Shown here in pieces: positions 39,555 to 51,645 of a stretch of DNA of 64,000 nt (positions are counted from its first letter, which is position 1; each line of letters begins with the position of its first letter). This DNA is from Lama guanicoe (Eukaryota). The stretch spans positions 1,159,966-1,223,965 of the forward strand of contig MU053754.1 in NCBI GenBank assembly GCA_013239625.1, in the 5' to 3' direction. The notes under the pieces were generated by a model. It had not been told where the DNA came from, searched no databases, and saw only the letters and a program-made list of their open reading frames with translations. The position numbers were made by a program, and so were the translations under genes.

Positions 39555-39665
39555 GTGTAGACAGATCTGGAAGTGATGCTGTCTCTCTGGTACTGTGTGT
39601 CCAGCCTGGTGCACGAGAGCCTGGCATCCTTCTCCTGCAGCTGGAGGACCCAGGGCAAGTACCCC
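39555..39665 (-). CDS. Predicted coding exon C (111 nt, phase 1-1); GGTCPGSSSCRRRMPGSRAPGWTHSTRETASLPDLST
   Basis: Donor ACAC|gtaagg. Acceptor gtctaag|GG is weak but is the nearby AG that keeps phase 1. Frame is open. Confidence 0.5.
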
Positions 39666-42600
39666 CTTAGACGGCCACAAATGTTCACGGAGAAAGTGGA
39701 ACCAACCACTCCAACGTTCAGGGCCATTCTGATCATTAGGGTTTATATACTTCAGTCACTGGGCCCACGGTATCTAAATATTAACTACTTTCCTGATAAC
39801 TTTCTGAGGCTTCAGCAAGGATGGTGTCTCAGTAGGTAGAAAACCCCAAGGGGTAGCTCTCACATCACTGTCCTGTCTTCCCCATAAGGGAGAACGTGGA
39901 GGCTTCAGAAAGAAGATTAACCACGACTGAGGTTTCTCTCCCTGGTGAGCTCAGCTGGCAAAAGAAAGTAGTCTAGAGCTGGTTTTTGCCTGTGGGATGG
40001 TGAACTGTACATGTCAAATCTTTATCTTGTTCCCACTACATTTTCTATTTTGAGGAATAACTTTCATTTACTAAAACAGAAATCTTAATTGTCTAAAGTG
40101 TCATGACTTTTTACATTTGTAAATAACCATACGTCACCACCCCCAGTCAAAACGGAGAACACTCTGATCCTTTAGAAAGTTTACTCCCATCCCTCCCAGT
40201 TACTGCCCACCCCACCCCCCAAACCCCATGTCTCTTTTTGTAGACACGAACATGCCTGTCTTTTGGCTGTCTACCCCACAAGTGGAATTTCTGGGTCACG
40301 TGGAAATGCACTGACTGTCAGACACTAGAAGTTTTCCAAAGTCACTGTACCACTGAACGTGCCCACCAGCCAGGAATGACGGCAGAGCTCATACGGGAAC
40401 ACGAAAGACACGTTGTCCTTCTTAAGAAAACTTTCTGTCTCCTACAACTAGAACGGTATCAAGCCTGCAGCTGATACTCTATAATAAATACTTGCTGAAT
40501 AAGAAGTAAACAAGGAGACTGGATTCTATGAATTCTGTGAAAGCAACGTGTTAAGAATGGGAACGTCCCGCGGCCAGACAGCACCTCTTAAGATCTGTGG
40601 GTTCAGGAAGCTTTCTTTACTCTTACCTTGCTCTGTCTACTTAACCCCCAGAAAGAAACATCTGTTTCTAAACTAAACTTTGCCCTTTCTCACGTTTATG
40701 GTGGAGGAGAGCAGATGATTAAGCAGAGCTTAAGCTGTGGAAGAGCACAAATTGATAGGAATTCACTTAATTTAACAATTCCTGCTCTCAACTGAGATCG
40801 AATCACAGCAAGAAATAAAACTTAAGATGGGGCTAATGTATGTATACAACTGATAAGAATTATGACTCTGAACACTTCTTTTCAACCTGTGAAGGGCATA
40901 AGCTTCAGCTGCTGTATGTGAATTTCTGCATAACTGCTTAGGACAGAGTGTGAAGCCATCTGCCAAGTAGATGGTCTGATTCCTGATGCATTTGCTAAAC
41001 AGCCTAAGATGCAATGTTTCACAGCTTTCTTAGAAAAATGAACACAGATTCAGTACAATTAATCCCACTGACAAAGATTATAGCTAAGTCCGCACAAGCC
41101 ATGGTAACTTTACAGGTAATACTTCAATTAATTTGATTCATCATGTAGAATGGTTTTACCTTGCAAATCTGGAATAGAGAATCATCTTTTCACTTAAGAT
41201 ACGGCTCCATTATTCATGAAACACAGTACTGGAAAGGGGCGATCAATTCAGTCAACTGATCTGACAACCTTGTTTTGAGTAGAAGTGTTGAATGTTCTCT
41301 GACGGGCGGACAGAAGGAAGTGATTATTTTCAGGACAGATTTAGCCTCGAGTTCTCTGATGCTTCTTCCTGTTTTTGTGATCATAACAGATTCAGGATCA
41401 TTCATTTCCAATAAGAAACTGTCATGCAGGAATGGTGACTCAGAAGCCGTTTGCGTAAATGGTTTTCTCTGTTGGGTGTGTTTGCTTTGGAATCGGGCTC
41501 TCCTGGCACTTCCTGCCTCTCCTCCCTCATGATAAAGGGTGCTTTGTCCAAGTGCAACGCCCCAGGAGTTTAATGTGAGAAGACACGTTGGGGTGTGGGT
41601 TAGGCTTCCGGAGATGGGTACAAGTTTTCATACCTGGAGAGGGAGCGAGCCGGGAGGTCTGGGGAGCCACAGCAAGGCTCCTGGCTGGGCACACAGGGCA
41701 AAGTGTGAGAGAGTGTTCCAACCCCGTGTGCTCGTGTGTGTGTGTCTATGTGTGTGTGTGTGCACGCAAGTGCATGCCCACACAGGCGCGTCTCTTTGTG
41801 TGGAGCTCTGGTCTACCCCTTCCCACGAGGCATCACAATGCACTTTCATTCTCTGTCTCCCCGAGAGCAAGGATGATGTTCAATTCATCTTGCATCCCCA
41901 GCTGGGGACCGGCTCACGATGGACACACCATGGGTATTTTTAGACTGAGTGAATGAAAGCAGAGACCCCCCAGGAGAGGACATCGCAGGTGCGCATGAGT
42001 GGGGATGCAGAGCCTGCCCATGGCCTTCCACTCTCCCACCTTCCACAGCAGGGCCTCATTCCCACTAGCCGACCAGCCGCGGGACCCTGCTCACCTGCAG
42101 CAAATGACACAGGCCTCCTCAGAAACACCAAAGCAGCCACCAGTGGGAGTCACTTTATCTTCTTGCCTCTAAACTGACCTGCAGCTGGACACTCTGCCTT
42201 CATTCTCTTTATATAAACACGCTTATTCCCTGAAACCCTGCTCCCCAGATAGCTGCCCCTTCCGCATCCTGGCTGTGGTCATCAGCCGCTGTCTCTCCTG
42301 AGTTTCCCACCTCTCCTCCCTACTGGCCCCTCGTCATCCACACTTACATGCTGGAGGTGGGGGTCTCTCCTGCCTTAGATAAATAAAAATTTCTCTTTCT
42401 TCTTCCAATTAAAAACCACCTTTGCTCTCTCCCTGATTAAAAAGTTCTCCAGAGCCGCTATTTTCTATTTTCATTTCCCTGTGCCTCTGAGCCCGCCATG
42501 GGTACGCTTCTGCCCTCCACCCCCCCCCCCACTACACCAACACTTTTTGTTGCTACGGCCAAAGGGTAAGGTGTGGTCCTAATAATTAGACTTGATTTCT

Positions 42601-42861
42601 CAGGTTGCTGTCTACCCACTTCCACCAGGGCTCTGGGAAGCTGCCCTCTCCCCTTTTCCTCTGCGCTCATGGTTGCCATCCATCCCTTAAGTCCAAAGTT
42701 GGATTTCCATTGCAGGTGAAACTGGTATGGGGCCTGGAAATCTCTGCATTTGAAATACGTCCCAGGAGGTTATTTCCTACTAAGCTTTCAGAAGCACTGT
42801 CACAAGTACTGACGTTCCCCACAGACCTGTCCCATGTCTTCCATTCACGATTTATAGCAGA

Positions 42862-43085
42862 GGATGGTTAACCACAGCCCAAGGGCCAACTCCAGCCCAC
42901 CGCTTGATTTTTTAAATAAAGTTTTATTGGCACATGGCCACACCCCTTGGTTGGCCCACTGCCTCTGGCTGTGTTTGAGCCACAGTGGCAGTGCTGAAGA
43001 GCTGCAGCAGACGCTGTGCGGCCCACAAAGCTTAAAATATTTACTCTCTGGCCTTTTATAGACAAAGTGTGCCAAGCCCTGGCCT
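42862..43085. mobile_element. MER58A-like MITE
   Basis: aaataaagttttattggcaca...ggcccacaaagcttaaaatatttactctctggcc. Confidence 0.85.
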
Positions 43086-45180
43086 AGGGTCTCCCCAGCT
43101 GCCCACAGCATTCATGGCCTTTCCCTGTGACCTCTCTGCTAGGCTTCAGACTCCTAAAGCCAGCAGCTTACTGGAAAGCTGCACGGAATATGCTGCAGAC
43201 CTTCAAGATGACCTCTCCACCTGCATTCCCGTCCTCTTCCTGTCGTGGTCCTCCCTCAGGATGTTACCACTCAGGGAGAAGCACCCCATCCACGCTGCAC
43301 CCAGCACCCGAGCACCCTTTCTCCCAGTCCTTCATCTCTGGATACTTCAACCCTCTGTGAGCATCACTCTACCATCCCTGGCCCCAGCCTTGTTGGCAAG
43401 CTCCTCACTAAGGTAAGTGTAAGTGATGGACTCTGGCTGACCTGTCCGGGTTGTGCAGTAAAAGCAGGGCCTTCCCTGTGGTCCACAGTCTGGATGGCGG
43501 CGGGCAGATCTGGCTGAAGGTCTTTCTCTGGGGAGAGAACTAGGGGTACACGTGGCAAAGCCACAGCGTAGGGGCCCATTCAAAATAACCACACTTGAAA
43601 GACGTCTCATGCGCCACAAACGTGGGACATCATTCAACACCAATTACAAACCAACAAGAGTAAAGGACGGTGGACGCCAGGGCTCGAGCCCAGTCTGCTG
43701 TGAGGAAAGGAGGGTCCTGCCTGGGGACAAAAGGGGAGGAGCGAAAAAGAGGGCACAAACATCCCGAGAAACCAGGGCTCAAAAAGTCCTGAAAAGAAAG
43801 TGCATTTCCTGCCGTTGGCAGAGAGAAAGCAACCAGAGAGCTGAGAGGCTGAAATGCATAGAGACACGCATCACATATTCAGGCACAATAAAACCGGTGC
43901 CAGAATTGATTCAGTGATCTGAAGACTTTTATCATTGCGCTTCTGTTGGGCACGCGATGCTATCACTGGATCAAAAGTCACGTTATCTATGGAAACATAA
44001 TATTCTCTGCTTATAATTTCTTCAAGTGGGAAAAAAAGGTTTATGGTTGCACATTTTAAGCTGCATAATGTAAATAATACCATTTTTGGTCCCATAAAAT
44101 CCTGTTTTACTGACTCCCAAGATTGGGAAATTGTTGAAAAGCAGGATTTTCCTACTTTCGACCTCTTGTGCAATTTTACTTCAGCTGAACATCACAGTTT
44201 ATCTTCTGAAACAGCCATCTGCACAACTGGAGACTTGGTATTCAGTATTATTGAGCTTAAATGGTGAAAAAGTAGATTTAAACATGTTTAAACGAGTAGA
44301 GGTTTTCTACAAGTGTTGTAACCACTCGTGTGAAACCTACTTAATATCTGACTCACTCAGATTAAAATACTGTATGCTGTTTGCAAGGTGGGTTACAGAC
44401 ATGCTTTCGTGTTTCTAGTGCACAGGCATGTAGCTAGGTATGTGGAAATTCACAACCCGATTCTCCCTAGACAGGTTAATTCCTGCCCTGATGAAGAGGC
44501 ATCTCATCTTCCATCTTCTGTGGTTCTGAGAGTCCTGGGATGGCCTTTAAATTCATTATGCTGCCCTACACAGTGCCATCCTCAGCACGAATATTGAAGG
44601 AACAAAGTCTATGGCTCATTAGAAGAGTGGTATTGTCAATAAAATGGAAATACTGGTAGGGTCTCCAAGAGCAGCAGAGAGCATTCAGTTTTAGAACTTT
44701 ATTACGCTCCACTGTCCTCAAGAAGAGCCACATTTTTAGGCCAAGTTTTTAGTGAAAAGGCAATAAAAGAATGTTCAATTGTCTGGAAATATGGCCCAGT
44801 TTCCCCAAGAACGTTATTATTTTGTTGTTGTTCAACGAAGTGAGTGTTGGGAAGTGACCCGCCCAGGGCCTGGCTGGAGAGCCCGCCGGGCACATTCGTG
44901 GTAAAGCGGAGCCGACCCCGGCAGTGACCAGCAGGCGCCCCACAGATGCCAGCTGGAAGGCACCCTCATTCGGTTCTCTGCGTCTCTGGCAAGCACCCCT
45001 TCAAGGCACAGAAAACTCTACAGAAAACACACACACGGTGTGTTCACCTGCTTCAGAGGCTCAGCGTTGTCCTCCACTGCAAGACCGAAGCCTCTCTCCA
45101 GCATCTGCTAGCGTGCATGCTGGCCCTGTGGCCTGCCTTGGGGCTTTGTGAAGACTGCTCACACCAGACACGTTAGGGTT

Positions 45181-45752
45181 TGCACAGGCAAAATAACGGC
45201 CCCCAAAGAGGTCCACGTCCTAACCCCTGGAACCTGGGAATGGGTCACGTTCCACGGCCAAAGGGACCTCATGGATATGACCAGTAAAGGATGCTGAGAG
45301 GGGGAAGTTACCCTGGATTATCCAGTGGGCTCAAACGAATTATACGAGCTCTTAAAAGCAGAGAACCTTTCCCCACTGAGCTCCGAGAGTTGAAGCAGCA
45401 GGACAAAGTCAAGAGAGATGGGGCATGAGAATGAGCGACCTGTCATTACTGGCTTGGAAGATGGAAGGGACTCTGAGCCGGGGAGCGAAGGGGGCCTGGA
45501 GGAGCTGAGAATCACCCCCACACGACAGTCAACACGGGAACGAGGATTTCGGACCTCACCAAGGAACACGGTTCTGACAGTAACTTGCAAGAGAATTGCC
45601 CCCCAGGGTATTCAGTTAAGACTTCAGCCCAGCCTTTTAGTGAGTCCCATGTCAGTCTCCTCCCCTACAGGACTGTGAGACAGTAAATGTGTGTTGTCTT
45701 AAGCTACCAAGGACGCAATAGCTTTTTATGGCAGCAATAGGCCACTGAGACA
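45181..45752 (+). mobile_element. MaLR solo LTR (MLT1D/E-like)
   Basis: aggcaaaataacggcccccaaagaggtccacgtcctaacccctggaacctg...gcagcaatag. Confidence 0.85.
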
Positions 45753-48700
45753 GAATTCTCAACAGGGCTGACAAACTCCTGTACCCCTTTCATTCTAAGA
45801 CACCATCAGCTGTAAATCATGGCAAAAGTCAAATACTGAAGATTTTCATGGAACAGAAACACTGCTACATGAAACTGAAGGTAAGACGTATCACTTTCTG
45901 AAACAAAAAATGTAGATGGGGAAAAAAGACAAAATGTTTCTTTATCTTCGAGTTAGGAAAACATGGTCTCTATTTGGTGGTCTTGTTCAGCAAGTGTCCA
46001 ACTTGACAGAAGAACATCGGTTCTCCTGTTCCCCTTAAGACACGTTTTGACATCCATTCACATGCTGTTCCCCAGAGATGTCTCCCCTCTGAAACGCAGA
46101 CGTAATTAAGGAGGCGAGGAATACCGGCCCCCTTCCCACGGTGGGCACAGTCATTAAGCGTTCAGAGCCCAGTGAGGTTAATTACTGCTCAGCTCATTCC
46201 ATGATAAAACCCTCACACACAGGAAGAACATGCGTGACCTACAACACGGTTAACACATTCTAAAAATCCTCAAATTCACTGCAAGCAATGACCCTTCTGT
46301 GATCAGAAGTAGTTCTCCAAATTACAAATTATAATGATCTGAGTCTGGCACAACAGATTTTTGGGTTGTCACAAATACACTGGTTATGGTTCTGACATAA
46401 AATGTAGAACACGATTTATCTACTCATTTTAGCAAGAGCTGCCGAGAACCGTTTCTTCCTCAAAGTCGGATCTTCTACAACTAGAGTGTGAACTAGCAAC
46501 TGTTACCATAAGCTGGTGAAGGTTTATTTCAGTTTGATTTCCTAAGGAACAAACAAACTCGACTTAGATCTACCCACACATGCCAAACAGGTACTAAGTC
46601 AAAATAAGCAAAAGGAAAGCAATTACTGCGACTTCTGAAGCAAGAAAAGTCTTCTGAAGATCAACGAACAACTACTTTGTCTGAGATGAGCATGCAATAG
46701 TGGCTGAGTTACTAAATTTCATACTCCAAAGTCACATCAGATGATACAAAATCAATAAAGGATTTGGAGCGAGTCATTGCATGGATTCTGGCTTACGAGG
46801 CGCACAGGCGTGTCTGTGGTATCTAGCTGTTCAGTGTGTGTGCTTTGCAAGGATCTGTGAAAGTTCCAGGGTAGGAAAGGTGAAGACAGTGAAGGAAGGG
46901 CTTTATCTTCTATTGCAAGTGAAGCCTGAAGTGAGTCGGGTTGTAGATCATGCCAGATGGTTTCAGGAGGGCATTCTCAAGGGCCCCTGTGAATAATGTA
47001 ACTTCAGATGCTGCTTACGAATTACTTTTTTTTCCCCATAAATGAGAGAAACAAAGAGGAACAGCCTTTTCTGTCAGTTTCAGAGAGCAGCCCAATTTGA
47101 AGTCACTTCATTTACATTATATAACTGAACATGCGGAGCAGTGGAGATGACAGATTTCCAGAAAATGTTTGCCCCCACCAACTACGGGTCTGGAAGCACA
47201 GGCCTTCCTAAAAGAACACCAGGTGGTTTATTTTCCAAATACTCCAAGCTGTCTTCTTAGAGCCCCCTTTTATGACTCTTGAGGGTCCTTGCTCTGAAGA
47301 CCAGCATCTGGACCCCTCCCCCAGTGCTCCGCGACCCCTCTCTAAGAGTGTCACTTGGGTCCTCTGCGTGATATCTGCCACTCGGGCTTCCACAGATGGG
47401 CAGGATGCCGTCCCATTGCTCCGCTCCCTGAGCTGTAAGGCACCAGCTGAGGGTCATCTGTGGGTGGAGAAGAGGTGACTTCCCAGCCACCCCAGAGTCT
47501 CTGAGTGTTGGCAGCAAGTTGGTGGTGGGGAAGTGAAGGGCAGACTGTAGTCCATGGCTGTCCCTTACAACTCTTCAGGACATGCCCTTGGGGACTGGAG
47601 AGAGACCCCAGGCCATAGCTTCAGCTCCAACTGCAGACTCATCCTGATTGGCCCCAGAGCCCCTGCCCTGGAGTGCCAATGTCTGTGTCTTCACTGGGTT
47701 CAAAGCTTGGCTCTGCAGATTGAATTCACCTCTTTTCAAGGCAAGTTATTTTCCAAGTGGAAAATGGAATAAGGACAGTTGTCTTACAGGGTTAGGAGGA
47801 TTAAATTTGATGCTTAAGTAACATCTCTGCCTATAGGAAATACTCCATGAGAATTAAAGTCCTTCTGTCTCACTGGGGATCTTCAAGGTACTAAAAACTG
47901 CACATCTTCCTTTAGGAGTTTCCTTTAAGACCTTTACTGACACTCAAAGTAAGATGTCATTTCTTAGTGTTAGTAAGGTCTCTCCTGCCATGAGTTCATG
48001 TCCCCCCACCCTTCTTCTACTAATTCTATTTTGCTTTTAATTCTAACCCTCCTTCTTCAGTTTTTCCTTCCCTTCCTCCTCCTCCCCCTCATTCCTTACA
48101 CACATAGACTCTTCAACACCTGTAAGAGAAAGTCAGGCAGCCCCAGGCTTTCTATGCTGTGAAATCCCTTGAATGCAGGAAGGAGTGCCTCTCTCATCGC
48201 TGCACCCAGCGCACCAAGCCGGCACCCGGGGGTGTCAAGCCCGGAACTGGAGAAAAGTGGATGGACGCGCATCCCAGCTTTGCCAGGCGTCAGCTTCTCT
48301 GACCCTCGTGCGCACTACTGAATGTCACCCTCCCTACCGGGGACACTTTAATGACAATGCCAACTTCACAGAGCTGTTGCAACGTAAGAAGGACATCACA
48401 TGAGAAGTCGCTGGCCTACCCGATGACACTGATAAATAATGAGCCGTGGAAGACATGACAATTATGGCAGCTATAGACATGGAGCACCTACACACGCCAG
48501 GCCATTTGGTCAGTACTGGCCACGTCAAGAAGGCCATCTTCCCTGTGTGAGCCTCATGTTTCTCATTAAGGAAATGTTTTTAGTGTAGACACAAAATTCT
48601 CTGGAAGATTCCTTTTCTACCAGAGAGTGGATGAGATAACCTGACAGCCTCTGAAGCTTAACCTAGAGACACCAAAGAGAATCCTGACTTTCTCCTTCCT

Positions 48701-50219
48701 TTGGGGGACCCTGAAATCAAAGGGGCCATTATGTCATTTTCATTATTGTCATGTTGTGCCCCAGATCAGCCTATCTCCACACTCACTTTCTTCTCACACG
48801 TCTAGAACACACAAAAATTTTCTTATATTTTAGAACACACGGCTACCACCTCTGTCATTTTGTTCTTGCTTATGTTCTCAGAACACCTATGGTTGTCAGC
48901 TTATTTCCTTGTGCCATATTTCTGGACATTCCAAACGGATAGCCTCACATCTCTGCTATGGCTCCTAGTGATCCAAGTCCTGCCGGCAAGTATGAAGCCA
49001 TCATGAGATGCCCTGTGCTTCTATTTGAAAATATGTATTTTCTTTACCGAATTATATTTACTATAGAAAGTGCATCAGCACAAACATTTCAAAATCTGTG
49101 CTCATTCAATAGAATTAAGATAATTTCCTCTTGCTTCATTTATCTGATGACTCAAGCTCATCTCCTGAAAAATACTGTTTTAACGAGTTCCCTTTCAGTC
49201 TCATTTAAACTATATTAACAATAATGATATGCAAAAATCAATATTCTTTATTACTCTAGCAAACTGAATTTCTCAAGCCACTTGACAGTTTAAAATTGCC
49301 ACTGGGAAGAACTTGACTTTCAAGGAGAATTAAATGGCATTTATTGTAGTGACTGATTATCAGCGTAAGAACCATGCATTTTTCCACTACAGTAGAGGAA
49401 ATAATTTAATTAGTCTGTTATTGTAAATGTTCTGATTTTAATACATTAACTTGTGGCCCACGGCTGATAGAGAAGAAATTAACGCTGACTCTTTTTAACT
49501 GTGGAATGAATTGGACTTTCTAGGGCAAGAAAATTAATTATAAATGCTCTCTATTTAAGATTGCCAGATTTTTTTCATGATAAATGATGTAATTATTAGA
49601 TGTCAAGTATACAAATAGCCCTGCATTGACATTTCAGCTTATTAATTCCAACATTCACCATTGTGTATAACATATTCATCACATTTAATTGCTCTGTAAA
49701 GGGGAGAGAGAAAAAAAAAACATTGTTGTCATGGCTCTCCCTGTTATTTTCAGGCAGTCAATTTCTGAAGACACTGAATGCTAATGTACTAAATTTCTGA
49801 TGACAGCCTCGCATTTCATTTTGAGCCACGACCAAAACAAGCAGAAAGAATCAGTGCAAAGTAGGCTAAGGCTACAGAGGTGAAGACCAACTTCTACAGG
49901 ATTAGGAGTCAGGTGAAATTTGTCCAAGCAGCCTCCCATCCGTGTTTGCCCTTCTCTCTTCTACTCACTTTTGGGTGTGGGTGGGTGAGCACCCAGTGCC
50001 CTGATGCTCAGCGCTAGGATCCAAGGCGCATCTGCCTTCCCAAGAGATGCGTTCCGTCGCCAGTCAGTGCCCCATTCTTCGCGGAGACAGTTGTACAGCT
50101 TCAAAAGATTTCAAGGACTCTTCCCTGTTACAACAGATATGAGTCATGACTGGTGAACTACATTATTTTTTACAATTTAGTGATGCTTTCAAATACGTTT
50201 ATATTTTATTCATCCCATC

Positions 50220-50700
50220 TGTAATCGTCAGTGTTACGTGTCAACTTAGCTAGGCTACAATTCCCAGTTATCCAACCAATCACTAATGGACGTGTTGCAG
50301 CGAGCACATTCTGTAGATGTGACTAAAGTTCATAATCAGTTGACATTAGGTGAGGGTGATTTTCCTGGGTTATCTGAGGCAATGCAACGTAACCACAAGG
50401 GTCCTTATAAGATGGAGGCAGGAAAACCAAAGTCAAAAGAGAAGGTGGTGGCAGAGGCAGAGTTTGAAGGGATACACTCTGATGACAGAAGAAGGGGCCG
50501 GGGCCAAGGAATGGAGGTGGTCTCTAGAAGCTAGAAAAGGTTCTCCCCAGAAGGAACTAGCCCTGCTGACACCTTGGTTTTAGCCCAGTGAGGACCATTT
50601 TGGACTTCTGATCCCTAGGACTGGAAGGTAATACACTGATGTTGCTTTAAGCCACTAAATTTGTAGTAATTTGTTATAGCAGCCATAGAAGGTTAGTATG
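50220..50700 (+). mobile_element. Composite LTR: MLT2-like 5' part joined to MLT1-like 3' part
   Basis: 5' gtgtcaacttagctaggctaca...aatcagttgac is MLT2-like. 3' cacaagggtccttataaga...ttaagccactaaatttgtagtaatttgttatagcagc is MLT1-like. Confidence 0.7.
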
Positions 50701-51038
50701 TTACCTTAAACATTGAAAAGTTAGTATGCAAATTTAATATAAAACAGATTATTTATTCAGTTACACAATTTCAATGCATATATAGCTTCATCTCCTTCTT
50801 GCAGTAATCCTGTGGCACCTCTAGAGTGACAGTTCATGACTGACACCTGCTATGATCAACCACAAGAGGCAAGGTGGCCCTGAAAATGACTCCCTTTCGT
50901 CCTGGCTGCCCTGTTTCCTATGATGCCTTGGTAGGGTCTAATAATCCTTCTCCAGGCAGCCACTTCTAGGCATGCAAGGTGAAACCTTTGCCCAACCCCA
51001 TCAGAGACCTGTGTCCTTTTCCCCTCTTATTTTCCATC

Positions 51039-51645
51039 TGTGATAGGCAGAAGGACAAGAGGGACCCCAAGATTCCCACCCCTTGGTGTAGACACCCTGT
51101 GTCACCCCCTCCCCATGAGCATGGGCAGAACCAGTGACTGGGGAAGACCTCACTCCAACGACTGGTCCCTAATCAATTAACTGAGTTAATCTAAAGGGAG
51201 AGCATGTGTACAGGCCGACTGACTCAGATGACGCCTTAGAAGGGACAAGCAGCAGCAACAGGTATGGTCCTAATCAAAGAAGGAAGCAAAAGCCATGTTG
51301 TGATGTGCCCACAGGGGCCGCACAACATGGAACGGCAGGCAGCTTCCTCAACCTGGGAGTGGCCCCGGCAGATGGCCGGGAGGAAAGCAGCGACCCTTCA
51401 GAACACAGCTGCAAGGAGATCTAGTCGGCCAATAAACCTTCGGAACTTAGAACAGGGCCCTGAGCATGAGAAGGGAATGTAGCCCAGCCAACACCTTGGT
51501 TTCTACCTGGTGGGCTCTGACCAGAGGACCCCAAACAAACCGTGCCTGGAATCCTGACTCAGGGACACTGGGACGCAGTAATCGGTGCTGTTGTAAGCCC
51601 TACGTGTGTGGTCACTGGTTGGGCAGCAAGAGAAAAATAAGTCTA
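51039..51645 (+). mobile_element. MaLR solo LTR (MLT1E/F-like)
   Basis: tgtgataggcagaa...ccccaagattcccacccctt...gcccagccaacaccttg...tgctgttgtaagcc. Confidence 0.8.

Noticed and set aside
40627..40667. Exon-like unit ending CAAG|gtaaga on the minus strand
   Set aside because: The acceptor is weak and its phase is incompatible with exon C.
41160..41168. Possible 9-nt symmetric microexon (ttccag|ATTTGCAAG|gtaaaa, minus strand) and adjacent ORF 41214..41411
   Set aside because: It is too short to support from sequence alone, and the ORF lacks convincing splice boundaries.
41500..45180. Cluster of overlapping 70-134 aa ORFs in GC-richer DNA
   Set aside because: Such ORFs are expected from low stop-codon density. 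They show no coherent splice chain or recognisable protein motifs.
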